DNA of 64,000 nucleotides. It comes from Cenococcum geophilum. Taxonomy: Eukaryota. Both the position numbers and the translations under genes were made by a program. Where the stretch lies: assembly GCA_050273025.1 (NCBI GenBank), contig CP158635.1, positions 18,042,001 through 18,106,000 on the forward strand, written 5' to 3'. The notes below the pieces were generated by a model. It saw nothing but the letters and a program-made list of their open reading frames with translations, did no database searches and was not told the DNA's origin. This document shows, in pieces, positions 13,333 through 28,200 of this stretch (position 1 is its first letter; every line of letters starts with the position of its first letter).

Positions 13333-15892
13333 CATTTTTTAGATTTTATAATAGCTTCTAGGTAGTCTTATTATAGCCTATCTACTTAACCTTATACTAT
13401 ATTTTGTTGTTAATATCCTTATAACTAACGATTTTTAAAACTTACTATTTATCTTCTTTTTGTCCTCTATACGTGTCTTCCTTATAAATTAGTAGCTTAA
13501 TATTCCTATATACTAGCTCTAGTATTATAATATACTATATAGGGTAGATCTTTATTTTAGCTAGTAGGTTTAACTTAAATATAACTAGTAAAATCTTTTT
13601 TATTATTTTAAAGGTTTTAGTCTAACGTAGTCCAACTTCTTACTTAGTCGTTAACTTTTAAAAAATTTGTATAGTAGCTATACTTTATCTCCCTCCTTAA
13701 GATCTAGTCCCTTAGATCTCTTAATATTATAGTACTTTTTTATTTTCTATTATACTATTTTAGCTGTTTCTATAAGGTCTATATAAAGATTTATTAAAGT
13801 CTTTATTCTTTACTTAGCTATGCTACTTATTTTTTTTACTTATTATAGTAATAGTAATATTCTTAGCTTATATCTATAATTTGCCTTAAATAGTAATATA
13901 CCTATTCCTTCCTATAGTATTATATTATATGCAAACTATATAATTAGTAATAGTAATACCTAATTATTTTATACGTAATTAATATAATGTTTTAGATACT
14001 GCTCTAGTGTCTAATTTAATCTTTCTATTTAATCGTCTGTTTGCGGATAATATGCGGTAAAAGTTACTGCTTAAACTCCTTATTCTGCTAAGAATACCTC
14101 CTAAAATACTACTATAAATCTTAGATCTCTATCCGATATAATTTTACTTAGTGCTCTATATTTTATAAATACTTTCTTTATATAGATTCTAGCGATATCT
14201 TCCGCTAAGATTTCTTCTATGTATGCTATAAAGTATGCCCACTTTATAAGCTTATCTACTATTACTAAGATTATATTATAATCTTATCCGGTAATAGGAT
14301 CTTTTAACTTTAGTAATTTAATAATATAGTCTTATAATATAACCTCCTATAGTCTCTCTAGTATTTTAACTAGTTATAGCCCTCTATATGGCTTATACCT
14401 TATTAGTTTTTTTTTTTAGCAATCTAAATATTCTTTAGTGACCTTTCTGGCAATCCTCTAGATTCCGTTAATAATATATTCCTCTTAAAGTCTTAATACT
14501 AAGCCTATAGCTCTATTATATCCTTAAGTTATTCCCTTATAGAAATCTTCTATAAAATGCTTTGCTATACCTTTTAGGATATATATAGCTTCTTAGTTTT
14601 TGTATATATCTATTTATAAATCTTTTAATTATACTTTTAGAATTCTTTGCGCCTAAAAGCTTTCTAATATCTTATAGATTCTTTTTAACTCATCTTCTTA
14701 AGTTATTATAATTTTTAGATAATTATATCTAATTAACCCGTCTGTATCCTTTTATAGTAAAGCCCCTAATAGCTTTTTATTATTTTATAGTTTAGCTTTT
14801 TTACTTAGAGCGTCTGCTCGTGTATTGTCTATACCCTTAGTATACTAAATCTTAAAATAGTAGTTTGTAAGTATTTCTACCTATCTAACCTATTTTTAGT
14901 TAATTTCCTTTATTATTAGAAATCCTATTAGGTTTTTATAATCCGTTTTAACTATAAATAGTTTTTCTATACCTTATAAGAATACTCTTTATTTCTTTAA
15001 TACTATAATTATACCTAATAACTCCTTATTATAGATATTATAGTTTAACTCCGGTGGTGTTATTTTTTGACTATAGTACGCTACTAGATGCTATCTATTT
15101 TTATATTTTTATATAAAGTATACTCCTAGTATAAAGTCTAATACGTCCGTTTTAATAACTGTTTTTAACTTTAGTTAGTAGATTTTAAGGATTAGTTCCT
15201 AGGTAAATAACTTCTTAAGTTCTATAAACAACTTCTTTTACTTATTTCCCTATATCTATAGTTCCTCTTTCTTTATTAATTAAGTAAATGGCTTAATATT
15301 CTTTAACTATTATACTATAAATCTCTTATAGTAATTACAAACCCCTAAAACCAATTTTAACTATATAATGTTCTTTAGTTCCTACTAATTAACTATAGCT
15401 TTAATTTTCTTTAGGTCCATACTTAACTTACTTAGCTTAATAATAAATTTAATAAAATTAGTCTTCCTTATAAAGAACTCGCATTTCTTAATTACTACTA
15501 GTATTTATTCTTTCTATAGTTTCTTTAAAACCTATTTAACGTGTTCTCTATATTCTTCCTTACTTATTAAGTAGATAATAATATTGTTAAGGTATACTAT
15601 AACAAATTTATTAAGGTGTTCTTCTAATACACTATTAATTTACTTTTAGAATGTTGCTAGTGCGTTTATAAGCCTAAATTGTATAACTAATAGTTTATAT
15701 AGTCCTTCCTTTAACCTAAAGGCTGCTTTTTATTTATTGCCTTCCTTAATTCTAATCTAATAGTACGCCTATCTTAGATCTATCTTTATAAAGATTTACG
15801 CATTACCTATTCTGTCTTAGATTTCGCTAATTAAGGGTAAAGGATACCTATCCTTTCTTATAATGCTGTTTAACTGTCTATAGTCAATATAT

Positions 15893-16085
15893 TGTCACGG
15901 AACCCCACCGTAGGGGCCTCTATAGGAGAGCCCCGTGCTCTCGCGTACACCTCGCGTATAGCTTATGTCAGCTACGCGTAGGTATATCACCTCCTTACGC
16001 CCTCGACCCTTACGATCGATCGCGCAACGTTTTGTAGACTCCTTGAATATATACGCTTTATAGCTACTGCCCCCGTCCCGTAATA
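15893..16085. mobile_element. 193-bp solo LTR in the RT domain of A0
   Basis: tgtcacgg...ccgtaata termini, TSD tatat (15888-92, 16086-90). The empty site gttaatatatagtct is seen at ~1761. Confidence 0.85.
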
Positions 16086-19000
16086 TATATAGTCTTAGTT
16101 TACCATTTTTCTTTAGTATAAATAGTACTAGATAACTTACTGATAATTATAATAGTCTAATATATCCCTTTTATAGGGTTTCTTAGATAAACTCTTTAAG
16201 TGCTTATAACTCTTTTTCTATAAGTTTATAGGTTAGAAAGAACCTTAAACTTATTCCTAGTTCTAATTCTATTTTATAGTCCTATACTATATATTCTAAC
16301 AGTATCTTGCTTTCTAGTAACTATAGCTTCTTATTATACTTATGGTATTTTTCTAGTATATAATCTAACCCTTTTTTAGTTTCTTTATATATCTGTCGGG
16401 AATAGGGCAAGCGGTTGTCACGTGTCGCCGTGGCACTAGCGTAGTGAGGAACCTTAAGTTCCTCACCTACCCCCTAATTCTAAACAATAAGCTTTATAAC
16501 TAACATTCACTGTATCTACTTAAGTAGCATTAGTAAGTTACCCTATAACACCAACACTAATTAGTAGTTAAACACACAGTTAACTATAGAATAGTAAGGT
16601 TCTTAATAGAAGAGACAGTCTCGTGTAGGGGTGCTATATATACTTATATGGAATGGATCCCGGCAATACTGTGCTACCTTAAACTTACGGAAAACTAGTA
16701 ATAGAAGTATTACTAAGTACTAGGAGATACTAAGTTGCGTCTATTATATAGAATAACCACGTTTACGAAGATTTGGTTGAGTACTTTAGGTTAGAAGTAT
16801 TACTAAACCTAAGGTCCTAAGTTAATGTCTAAAACGCGTTAAAAATAATACTCTTAACACTCTGCCACGTTCCTAGCGGCCCTACCACATCAAAATTACG
16901 TTAATAACGCGCTCTCTAGCCCTTATACTCTGTTAGCATCTAAGGTAGTTACTAGCGCGCCCTTACCTTACGATAATTTTAGCTCTACTAGACTATTAAA
17001 GTTCTACTAGCACGCTATCCCTATATTCTTAACACTCTCTACACGTTAAATAACTGTTATTATAGCGTTAACCTATCTAAAGAAGTATAAAAAAGATATT
17101 AACCTAGAGATATAGGATAGACCTATAACCGACTTTATAACCGCTAAGTAAAAGGAGCTAAATAGATTCTTATTATACCGCATAGCACACTATAAAGATA
17201 GTAAATATAATAATACCATGCTATGGTATTATATAAAGGAGGACTTTATTAAATAGATAAAGGAAATATAGGTTCCTATATATAAGGATCTCGTATAGGA
17301 CTTCTGTAACTTCCTTTAGGAGTATAAAGTATTTATCCCTATAGACGGGGGAGGTATTAGAGATAATATTTAGGAGTATATTATTAAAGCAAAAGAAGAA
17401 TATAAATAGACTCTATAAGAGATTAAGCACTAACTACGCACTATAAAGAAGCTTAACTTATAATAGAATCCAAGCAATACGCTACTAGAGACGTACTCTA
17501 GTTCTATTACTCTAGAACCCCCTACTTCGCGACTTAATAACCTTTAAACTCTCCCACAGTAAGATTAAGTACTATACTCTATTTTATCGAGCTCTATATC
17601 CCTACTACAGCCTATAATATAATCCCCACCTCCTTAATTTTAAATGCAATCTTAACCTGACCTAGCACTACTTAGAGGCATCTTAAAGTTGCTTACGGAT
17701 CTTACGAAGCTCTATTTAGACTAGGAAAAGAAGTTTAGCAGGGAGCTATATAATATCCTTAATTTAAAGCTATATATCTTCTATAACTATTACTAGAAGG
17801 TAAGACTAGAACCTAACTAATATTATAACGCTTATTCCGTTATGCTTAAAGGCCGCGCTAATACCTTCTACTATAATCGTTTAGCAGGAAAAGGGTACAA
17901 TTTTAACTATATAATATATAAATTAAGATGCTACTTTAAAACAGAAGAGAATAAGTAATAGTATATATTAGAATAGAGAGAGACTACCTTTCTAAGGATT
18001 ATTGCTATAAACCCAGGTGTTTCTTGGCTTAATTATCTTTAAAAGCTCTTTAATTAACTTTAGATAATTTAGTATGGTTTATCCGAATTATATTAAGAGG
18101 ACTTCAGCCTACGCGATTAAGTTATTAGCGCATACTAAGATATTAAAGAATATAACCTTACTCTCTTTAATCTTATAAATACTTATAAAGGAGTATATGC
18201 TTAATTAAGATCCTTTATTAGTACCACTCTACGTTCTTAAGAAGTGTAGTAATTTAACACCTAACCCTAACCTACTTTAATTAACCTAGACGATTAATAT
18301 AACTATAACTAGACTAATTAAATATATCGTGGTAGGGGATATAGTAAAGGGTATAATTAACGCCGACTATAAGGCAATTATAGAGGTCCTTATAGAGGTT
18401 CATTTTAAAGTAATCACTAAAAGAAGTGTTATATTTATAAGAAGCTAAATTGCTAGTTAACTAGGCACCCCCTTAATAGACAAAAAGAGGTATATAATAA
18501 GTTTTGCCGGAGTATAAGAAATATTAAAAACTATAAGGTTACTATAGCCTACTTTTAAAGCTTCCTAGTTTAATATAAAGGCGTAAAAGATCTTAAGGGT
18601 AAGGTTAATAAGGCCGAATAGCTCCTTATAGATATAAAAATTAAGGAGTACTTACCCAACCAATACTTTACTAAGTATAGTGAGGTAGATAGTATATAAA
18701 CCATTACTATTCTTAATAACTAATCTACGCTCTATTTTACTATAAAGTTAGATATCTTTAATAAGCCAAGGGAAAGTTCCGCGTTCTCCTTTAATAATAA
18801 ATACTTAGCGAACGTCTTTTATAGTATTATGCCAGATACCGGAGCCGCAGGAGTATCTATAGTAGGAGAACCTTAAGTTCGAGCCCTTTAGCAGCTTAAT
18901 AGCTCTATTTAGATTAACTATTTAATGGTAGGCTAATACACGATTTGTTTTAGTAAGGGTACTATAATCTCTCTTAGCATAATTAGGGTCTAAACCCCCT

Positions 19001-22000
19001 TAGGGTATATTACCTTTTACGTTGTTCCTATAAATACCCCATTTCTATTTTATATTAGAGATATAGATAAATTAGGCGTTAAGCTTAATAACCTTAAGGA
19101 TATACTTATTTAGGGAGATAATTAGGTGCCCATTATGCGTAAGTAGGGTTACCCTTAGTTACTCCTTTATTAACTAGAAAAGAGTATTACTTAAAGCTAC
19201 CTAACTAAGTTAGAGTTACGTTAACTACATTATTATTTTAGCCACCTATCCGTTTATTAATTGCTTAGGGTTCTTTAGTAAGTAGGCTATAAAGTTAAGG
19301 TTAAGGCAATTAAGTATCTTATAAAGTACTACTATCACTACTAAATAAACTAGAAGTCCCCTAGCCGATTTAAGTTTACCCTTAAAGATAACTATAACTT
19401 TAACTTATATATTATTATTAACGTTATATATCTTAGCGGTAAGCTAGTACTCTAAGTCGTTGATTTTTTAACCTCCTTTTAAGCCGCACGATTCTTAAAG
19501 GATATATTAGCTAAGAACGCATAGGATACTCTTTAATTATGCTAGATTAATATCTACCTAGGACCCCCTAATTAAATCGTCTATAATGTAGGAAAGAACT
19601 TCTTATCTATAGAGTTTTAATAATAGATAAAGGCAATAGCAATTAAGGTTAAGGAAGTCCCTATTAAGGCATATAATAGCGTTAAAAAAGTAGAGCAATA
19701 TTACGCGCTATTATGCCGCGTATATAAGATTATTTCTTTAGAATTAGAGAATACTAGTAAAGAACTTACCTTATAAATAGCTGTTAAAGCTATTAATAAT
19801 TCCGCTAACCCGGATAGACTTGTACCTATATTATTAGTCTTTAGCGCCTACCCTTAAATAACTAATAATTCTTTACTATCTCCCTCCGTTATATAATAAG
19901 CTAAGGCTATTTACAAGGTAATAAAGGAGGTATAATATCTCTATGCTATACGCTAGGTTAACAACGTATTAGGAATAAGAAATGGCCTAAATACCTTAAC
20001 TATGCTTAATCTGCTACTCTAGTTTAAGGTATATATATAGCGTAAAAAGGGAGGGTGGTTAGGCCTATATTAACTTATTATAATTAATAGTTAAACTTAT
20101 ACTATTTAGATGCCTTATAGACCTACTTAATTCTATTTAACTATTATTAAGCCTTACTATAAAGATAATAGTTTTAAGCCTTTACAGGATGCCCTAGAAG
20201 AGGCCCTAGAGAAGAACTATAATTAATATACTCTAGAAGGCGACTATAATTCTAATATAATTATAGTAGATGCGCCACAACTATAACGCGGTAGAGGTCG
20301 CCTAAAGGGATTACAAAATTACTAATATTTTATTAATTTTAAAGAGTAATTTGTTGCTGCCATTAAGAATAGAGTTAAGCTATTAATGGCCTTTATAACA
20401 GCTAAGGAGAAGGCTAACTTTAAACTCGCAAAACAGCTCTAAAAAAAAGGTTATATTATAACTCTAGGAGCTCCTTTCTAAGCATTTAATAAGTAGGAGA
20501 TTAATAGTCTTATTATAAGAGGAGTCTTTAAATTTAAGAAGTATAACCCTACTAAGTTTAATAGAGTTCGTATCTTTAAGTTAAGAATAGTTAATAAGAT
20601 TAAGGGTAAAGCTACCGACGCCCTATTTAAGAAATTAAGGCTTATTATCTAAGGTTATAATAATAACGGTAAGGAAGTAATCCTTATATAATCCCCTATA
20701 ATTTAATAAGCTAGTTAGCAAGTTATTATTACGCTAGCTCCCTCCTTAATAAAGAATAAAATAGTGGTTTATTTGCGAGATATTACTTAGGCCTATACCT
20801 AATTAGAGATATACCTTTAGCGCTTAATATTAGTATATCTTCTAGAGTAAATTCGCTACTAATATCCCAAAGATATAATTATGGTTGTCCTTAAGCCATT
20901 ATACGGAATCGCAGAGGCAGGAACCTATTAGTAGGCTACTTATAGTAAGCACTATAAAGAGAAGCTTTTAATAACTACTTCTACGTTCGATCCCTGCTTC
21001 CTTATTATAACTATAGGAACTCTATTTAGAATTATTGGTATATAAACTAACAATATAATTATCTTAGGAGACAACTAATTCTTAGCCCTTAAAGAGGATA
21101 AGCTAGTAAAGGTAAACCTTATAGTAAAGCTAAAGGAAAGACTTAATTTAATAATACTATTACTCTTTAATAGATGTATCCTCTCCCTAAATAAGGATTC
21201 CATTACTTTACACTAGAAGGGTTAAGGTAAGAAGATTAACGTTATTAATATTAATTCTCTAAAGTAAGGATATATAGAATAACGCGCTCGCGGAGCTTAT
21301 ATTACTTCTATCTATTAACCTAAGGCTTCCTTTAATCTCTTTATTACTGCCTAATACCAGGAACTAACTAAGGATAATATTCTTAACCTAAATAAGCGTC
21401 TTTTCTAGTAAATAAGCCATCTTAATTAGGGACTACTCTATATACCTATTAATCTCCCTACTATTAAGCTCTTTGTATTTATTAATAGATTGTTTATAAA
21501 TAATAAAGATTTTAGCTCCTAGCTAGGATATAAGATTATTATCGCAAACAAATCTACTAGAGAGAATAACTTTATAATCTACGGCAATCTTATCTATTAG
21601 AGCTTAACTAAAAGTAAGCGCGTTACTTAAAGCGTCCTAGTATTAGAGATATATAGAATGGTTAGCAGAGTTAATATAGCAATTATAATTAGAACTACCC
21701 TTAAAATAATTATAGATTAACTTAAACTTCTTATTATCCCTATAATTATATACACCGACTTATATTCCCTCTATAAGTGTTTAGTTAAGCTTAGTACTAT
21801 AAAGAAAAAGCGCCTTATAATTAATATTATAGCACTTTAATAGTCCTATAAGCGTTAAGAACTCTTTAAGATTTAATAAATTAATAGCTAAGATAACCTA
21901 GTAGATATAATAATAAAGGCAAACCTAAATAAGGCACTAGAGATATTTGTTAATATAAATACTCTATATATACAAGTTAAAGGTTAGATTAAAAGGGAAG

Positions 22001-22018
22001 TTTAAAGAAGTTAAGATT

Positions 22019-22181
22019 TTATAGAATTTTAACCACCGGTTAAAGTTATCTAATTAGTTAGATTCTTACTAAGAGCGCTACGCCTAATTAATTCGGGTAA
22101 CGGTATATAGTTCTGCCGACGCTATTTATTAAGCTAGCTAATTAGGATTTTCTATACCCGGCATGGAAAATCGCTATTAGC
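22019..22181 (+). other. Multi-palindrome non-coding module in the Copia 3' UTR (copy 1)
   Basis: Aligns end to end with 41116-41278, with mostly transition differences. Contains inverted repeats such as tttaaccaccggttaaa and gattttctatacccggcatggaaaatc. Confidence 0.8.
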
Positions 22182-22237
22182 CCGCTTACTCCTAGCGCCT
22201 TAGCGGCTCTCTTGTCTTTGTGTTAACCCCTAATACT

Positions 22238-22264
22238 CTTCTTCTTCTTCTTCTTCTTCTTCTT
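22238..22264 (+). repeat. (CTT)9 microsatellite in Copia 3' UTR
   Basis: Direct read of the sequence. Confidence 0.95.
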
Positions 22265-25200
22265 AGCTTTATATCTTTATATAGTAGCAATCTATAAGTG
22301 TATATAGATGGCAACCATAAAAGAAGAGTTGCTAGTGTTGGGAATAGAGCAAGCGGTTATCACGTATTGCCGCGGCACTAGTGTAATAAGGAACCTTAAG
22401 TTCCTTACCTACCCCCTAATTCTAAACAACAAGCTTTATAACCAACATTTACTATATCTACTTAAGTAGCATTAGTGAGTTACCCTATGACACCAACAAT
22501 ATCGCTCCTACTTAGTACTATACTAACTTAGTTTATTATTATATCTTATAGTATTAAGTATTTCTAATATTAACTTAACCTATAATCTAATCGATCTTTA
22601 GATTATATTTCTATAACTAAGGTATTCCTAATACTGCCTTATTATTTCCTAATAGTAATATATTAAAAGACATCTTAATTTATCTCCCTTTAATGGTTAA
22701 CTAAATAGGTCCTGTTTTAAGATTAATAATACCTCCTCTATAGGCTATTAGATCTCCTAAAATTATTATTAATAAATAAGGATGTTCCTTCTTTCTATAT
22801 AGTAACCCTATCCTTTTAATTACTATTAGTAAAATATAGTTCCTTATTACTCTACTATCTACTAATACTTTAAACTATTAATCTTACTATTTAACTTATA
22901 AATTTAGGTATTGTTCTTAAATTCCTTTAAGGCTTTAAGGCTTTACTATTAGCTCCCTTTAGTTCCGTAGGCCTCTACTTTTCCTAACTACTAGCTACTA
23001 GATCCTATTTATACTTAGTCTACTTTTAGCTAATACTTAGTTCGCTTTTTATCTCTAATATACTATAGATATATATTCTTAGGACATTCCTACTACTATT
23101 ATCTATCTAGGCATTCTTCTGTAAAGAATCTTTTTAGTTAAAGTATTAAGTTCCCTTATCCTTAAACTTTTACTAGATACTAACTATGTATATACTTAGC
23201 ATTTCTAAACTTTGCCTTATTTAGTACCTAATATATTCTTACTAAGTACTTTTAATGCTTATTTTTTGGTGCTCTATATATATTATATATATTATCTATA
23301 TATATAATCCACGCCAATATATAATATACTTAGTGTCTTAGGTTAACTCTTAGCTTATCTTTATTCTTAAGTTTAAACCTCTTTTATATTAATTTAAGCA
23401 TTATAACTTTATTTATAGGTACTAAGATTTACCTCTTACTTTTTTAGTCCTCTAATTACTCCTTTAGATCCTTTAATATTATAATTAAGGCTCCTTTAAT
23501 ATAAGTTATGGCCTTCTCTATAATTGGGTAGTCTTAGATAACTTTCTTATCTAACTATATATAGAAATCTTCCCACTTATTATTATGTTGTTGCCTATAC
23601 CACTTTTAGTATAGCTTCTTAAGTATATACAGTCTATCCGTAAGAAAGTATCTTCTTATTACTGCGTTATAATAGCCCTTTATATATTATTCTTTAAATC
23701 TTATTAGAATTCCTAGATCCTCTTCTTACTTTAGTTTAATAAGCTACTTAGCTCTTAGTGTGCCTATCTTAGGTCTATTAGTAACTCTTTATATAGGTAC
23801 TCTATCCCTTATACATCCTAATATACTAGATCTCTTATTTAGTTTCTGCTCTTGCTATACAGTAATTCTTACTCTAAATTCTGCCATAGTTTCTTTCTTT
23901 TTACGTCTTATAAGTAGATTTTTAAAGTCTTCTTACTTTCTAATTCCTTTATTAATGGTCCTTATTTATATATTAAAATCTTAGTTCTATAGAATTCTTA
24001 ATCCTAAACTTGCTTCCGTCTTAAGCTTTACTCCTACCTTAGTCCTACTAAGCTTAGGTATTCTTATCTTGTCTTAAAAGTCTTAAATCTTACTTATTTT
24101 ATTTTAAAAATATTATATCTTTAGGAACTTCTATCCCGTACTTATTTATATATTTCTAAACTAAGCTACTATAACAGCTCGTATAATTACCTCTAAACCA
24201 AAGCTTGTAGATTACTATCTAGTAAAGATACTAAGCTAAGGAGAAGAAGAAGAGGTATATATAGGAGGCAGAGTAAACAGATATCCTATAAGGGCCGCCA
24301 AGCCGCTAGTAATAAGCGAGCCAATAACAGGTTGGCAGAATTTGGCAGGTAACGCGCCCCAGCACTATTACATCACCCCCTCCTCCTAAAAAAGCCTGCC
24401 CTTAGGCGTTATCTAAGTTCCTTATTATTATCTAGATTATTATAATTATCTAACCCCTCTTCCTAGCATTTAATCCAGCTATCTAATTTGCTTAGTAGTC
24501 CGGGGAGGTTTAGGTGGGCTAGGTAGAAGTCCCGTAATTTATAGGGGGAGTACTTAAAATTAGATACAGGATACCATTCTAAGTCCTTATTGTGGCCAAC
24601 CTAGCTTATATAGTATTTTAAGACACTATAGACCTTCTTAACTGCTAGGATCTCTTTAACTTCCTAGTTCTTATCCTCTGCAATCTAAATTAGCGGTAGG
24701 GGGTCGTTATATTGTCTAGGCAATGAGTTATTTACAGCCTTTTATAATTAGTCTAGGGAGAAAATAGGGTAGATCTTCATTAAATCTAGTAGTATAACCT
24801 TAAAGGAGTATTCTACCTTCTCCAAAATCTTATATAGACTAGCCATTTAGTAGTTTAACTTACGGCTTAGCCTCTAGGTTTTTTAGTTCTTTATTAATAC
24901 CTATACCTTATCTCCTACTTAGAAGTTTACTTCGCGACAATACTAATTTACGTTAGCCTCTTTTTTCTCTTACGCCTTTTTTATAATTATTTAAGTAGTC
25001 TCCTAGGCCCTATATATTCTCTCGGTAAATGCCTAGGCCTCTTTATAGCTAAGGCGTTCGCGAGCCGTTATAGGTTTAGTAGGCCTATTCCAATCAAAGG
25101 ACGTTTACGGTGCGTACCCGTTAAGCAGTTTAAATGGTGATATCTCTATACTATTATAGGGGAGCGTAAGCTGCGTGTAGTCTATTATAGGTAGTAATTC

Positions 25201-28200
25201 CAACTAGTTGTCCTAATAGTAGTTTATAAAGGGACGTAGTCGCTAGTTAAGATACTAATTTATAATCTTAGTTTAGCCATTAGTCTAAGGGTAAAATGCA
25301 GTAGAGAGCTTAATCTTAATCCTAAGGATACGGCAGAATTTATTCTAGAAATCCGATATAAACTAGGGACTATAGTTAGAGATAATTAATTTAGGAGCGC
25401 CGTAGAATTGGTAGATATTATTGATGTAGAGGCGAGCTATATCCTTCGCAGTTATAGTCTTAAAGTAAGGGAGGGAGACAGATTACTTATATAGTTAGTT
25501 AATTACTATAAAGGCCGCGTTGCGGCCATAGGGGTCCTTTAGAAACGACTTAAAGTTTATTATAATATATTGCCAAGGGCGTTCTAGAACTAGTAATAGT
25601 TATAACTACCTAGGAGTGCGATCCCTAGGGGCATCCACGCGTTTATAGGCGTAGTAGTTCCTAATAAATTATTCTATATTAGATAGAAGTCCTTACTAAT
25701 AGTAACGGGGCGCTAGTAGTTAATAGGTCTTATCTTAACTAGGGTATACCATTAAGACTTAGTAGTGGGCTTCCCAGATTAGCTCTGTCCGTAGGTTATT
25801 AACATTTAGAACTATAAGCCGTTCTTAGTATAAGAGCAGTCCCTCTTCCATTTCTAAATTAGGGTTACCTTTTAAGGCTTAGTCGCGGAGGGCCTTTAGG
25901 GATTCGGCTATGCGGTTTACGGTTAAGATACGGTTAACTAATCCTATTAGTTCGTCTAAGAACTCTCCTTTTATAGGTGCTAGCTTATTCTATTTAGAGT
26001 TTAGTTCCTTAAAAATATATAGGTTAAGCTATTTAGGACGGAGGAGGGCGCGTATACGATATTAAGCCTTTAGCTCGTCCTAAGGGCCTACGTCCTATTC
26101 CCTCCGGGTTAGAGCATTAGCCTTAGCGTTTTATATACCCGGGCGGTACATAATCGTAAAAAAGAATTAAGAGAGTATTTTAGCCTATTAAGCCTATTAA
26201 CTAATAAGCTGCTTTATTATTATAAAATACTTTAAGGCTTTATAATTAGTATAAACCTTAATATAAGAGTTTATGCCTTTAAGCTCCGCGCGCCATTAGG
26301 ACAGCAATTAAATAATAGCTAGCATTTCTTTATTGTATACTTTATAGTTATACTTAACCGGGTCTATTATCTTTAAGAAGAAAGTAATAGGGTACTATTC
26401 GCCGTCCGGATATAGCTATAATAGGATTCCCACTATAACTCTATTAGAAGCGTCCGTTTCTAGCATTAATTTAAGGTCTAGGTTATAATAATAAAGGATT
26501 AAAGAAGAGATAAGCCGATCTTTTAACTCTCTAAAGGCCTCTATATAGTCATTATTAAAGATAAAAGGCGTATCTTTCCGGGTAAGTCATATAAGAGGCT
26601 TTACTATAACTCTATAGTTACGGATAAACTAATAGTAAAAGTTATAAAAACCAAGGAAGGACTAGATCCCTTTTATAGTATAAGGGGGTTTCTAGTTACG
26701 GATTGCTTTAACCTTTTTAAAATCGACTTTAATTCCTTCTATAGTAACAATAAACCCGAGGTACTTTATACGCTTTACCCCAAATTTATATTTCTTAATA
26801 TTAACCTATAAGCCTGTATTCCGTAGTCTCTTTAAAACCTTCTTAATATAAACCTAGTGTTTAAGTTTATTATCTAAGTATATAAGAATATCATCTAGGT
26901 ATACTATGCAGAATTTATTAAGGTAATTGAAAAGAACATTATTTATATATCTTTAGTACATAGCCAGCCCGTTTATCAGTCTAAAAGGAAGAACTTTATA
27001 TTTATAGGACCTATAACAGGTACGGAACGTAATTAAGTCTTTAGCTGTAGGATCTATCCTAATTTAGTAAAAGGCTTAGCGAATATTAAGTTTAGTAAAG
27101 ATCTTTGCCCAACTTAGACGTATAAGGGTCTTATTAATTAAAGGGATAAGGTACTAATCCTTTTAAGTAATAGCGTTTAGCTTCTAATAGTCAATATATA
27201 TAAACAAAGGCCTCTATTAGGCTTTTTTATAAATAGGATAGGGGAAGTTAAAGGGGCTTAGCTTGGCTCGATAAACCCCTTTTTAAGGTTATTAAGTAAG
27301 TATTGCTTTATTGCCTTTAGCTTATCCATTAATTATTAGTAGAGGGGGCTATAGCCTAGCGAGTTGTCGGCTTTTAGTTAAATCTTATAATCGTATATCT
27401 AGTAAGGGGGCAACTTATCTAAAGCCGCTTTTAAAAATACATTTTTATATCCCATATAGATAGTAGGGAGGAGGCGTTTAACTAACTCCTCATTAGTTTC
27501 CTTAGCTGGCTTCTCTTCTCTCTTATTAATAATCTGGTTAATTTTATATAAGCTAGTTATAAAGACCTCGTTATCCCTCCTATACATATTAAAGTAGAAT
27601 ACTATAGCGCTAATCGCAGCAATATCTACCGCAGGGGGGTTGTGTAACAATGGGGATGTATAGGACCTTAGGGGCTTCCGGGGTAAAGGCGTTATTAATA
27701 CTTCTTTTAGCTCCTATTATATCTTTTGGAGGTTGTCCCTTATATCCTATTAGTATATTCTCTTCTATATTAGTTAGATCTGCGTAATTTAGATATTATC
27801 TACATCGCTATCTATCCTGCTACTATAAGTAAAGTCTTTATTAACCGTAGCACTCTAGGGAAGTATCTTTATTAGTATAAAAGAGTTTCTTCCGGCCTTA
27901 TAACGGGCATCTTCTTAGGTAAAGGCTAGGTCGCGGTCAGTAATATCCTACTAGTAAGTAGGATTAGCCTTCGCGGTAAGTGTCTCGCGGTTGGTTTAGA
28001 TTTCTCTAATAAAAGAGGGTAACTTTAGTCTATCCTCCGGCCAGACAAACTACCTTTATTAGACATTCAGCCAAATATTAAAGTAGGACATCTATTTTCG
28101 GCTAAGGATTATATTGTGGGATCCTAGGTCTAGGATGCAAAAGGGGATACTATATTAGCGTTATCTATTAAGATAGATATATAACTTTAAGATATAGGTA

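Larger units (their letters stand above)
16394..22498 (+). mobile_element. Second Copia (GalEa-like) retrotransposon, RIP-degenerate
   Basis: 163-bp LTRs at 16394-16556 and 22336-22498, TSD atatc (16389-93, 22499-503). Motifs: protease MPDTGAAGVS ~18830, RT LKPLYGIAEAGT ~20890, RNase H end ~21900. Confidence 0.92.

Noticed and set aside
22019..22181. Hammerhead ribozyme, tRNA or Helitron end as identity of the shared module
   Set aside because: I could not place a CUGAnGA/GAAA core, tRNA A/B boxes, or a CTRR terminus with an A|T target. RIP damage limits certainty.
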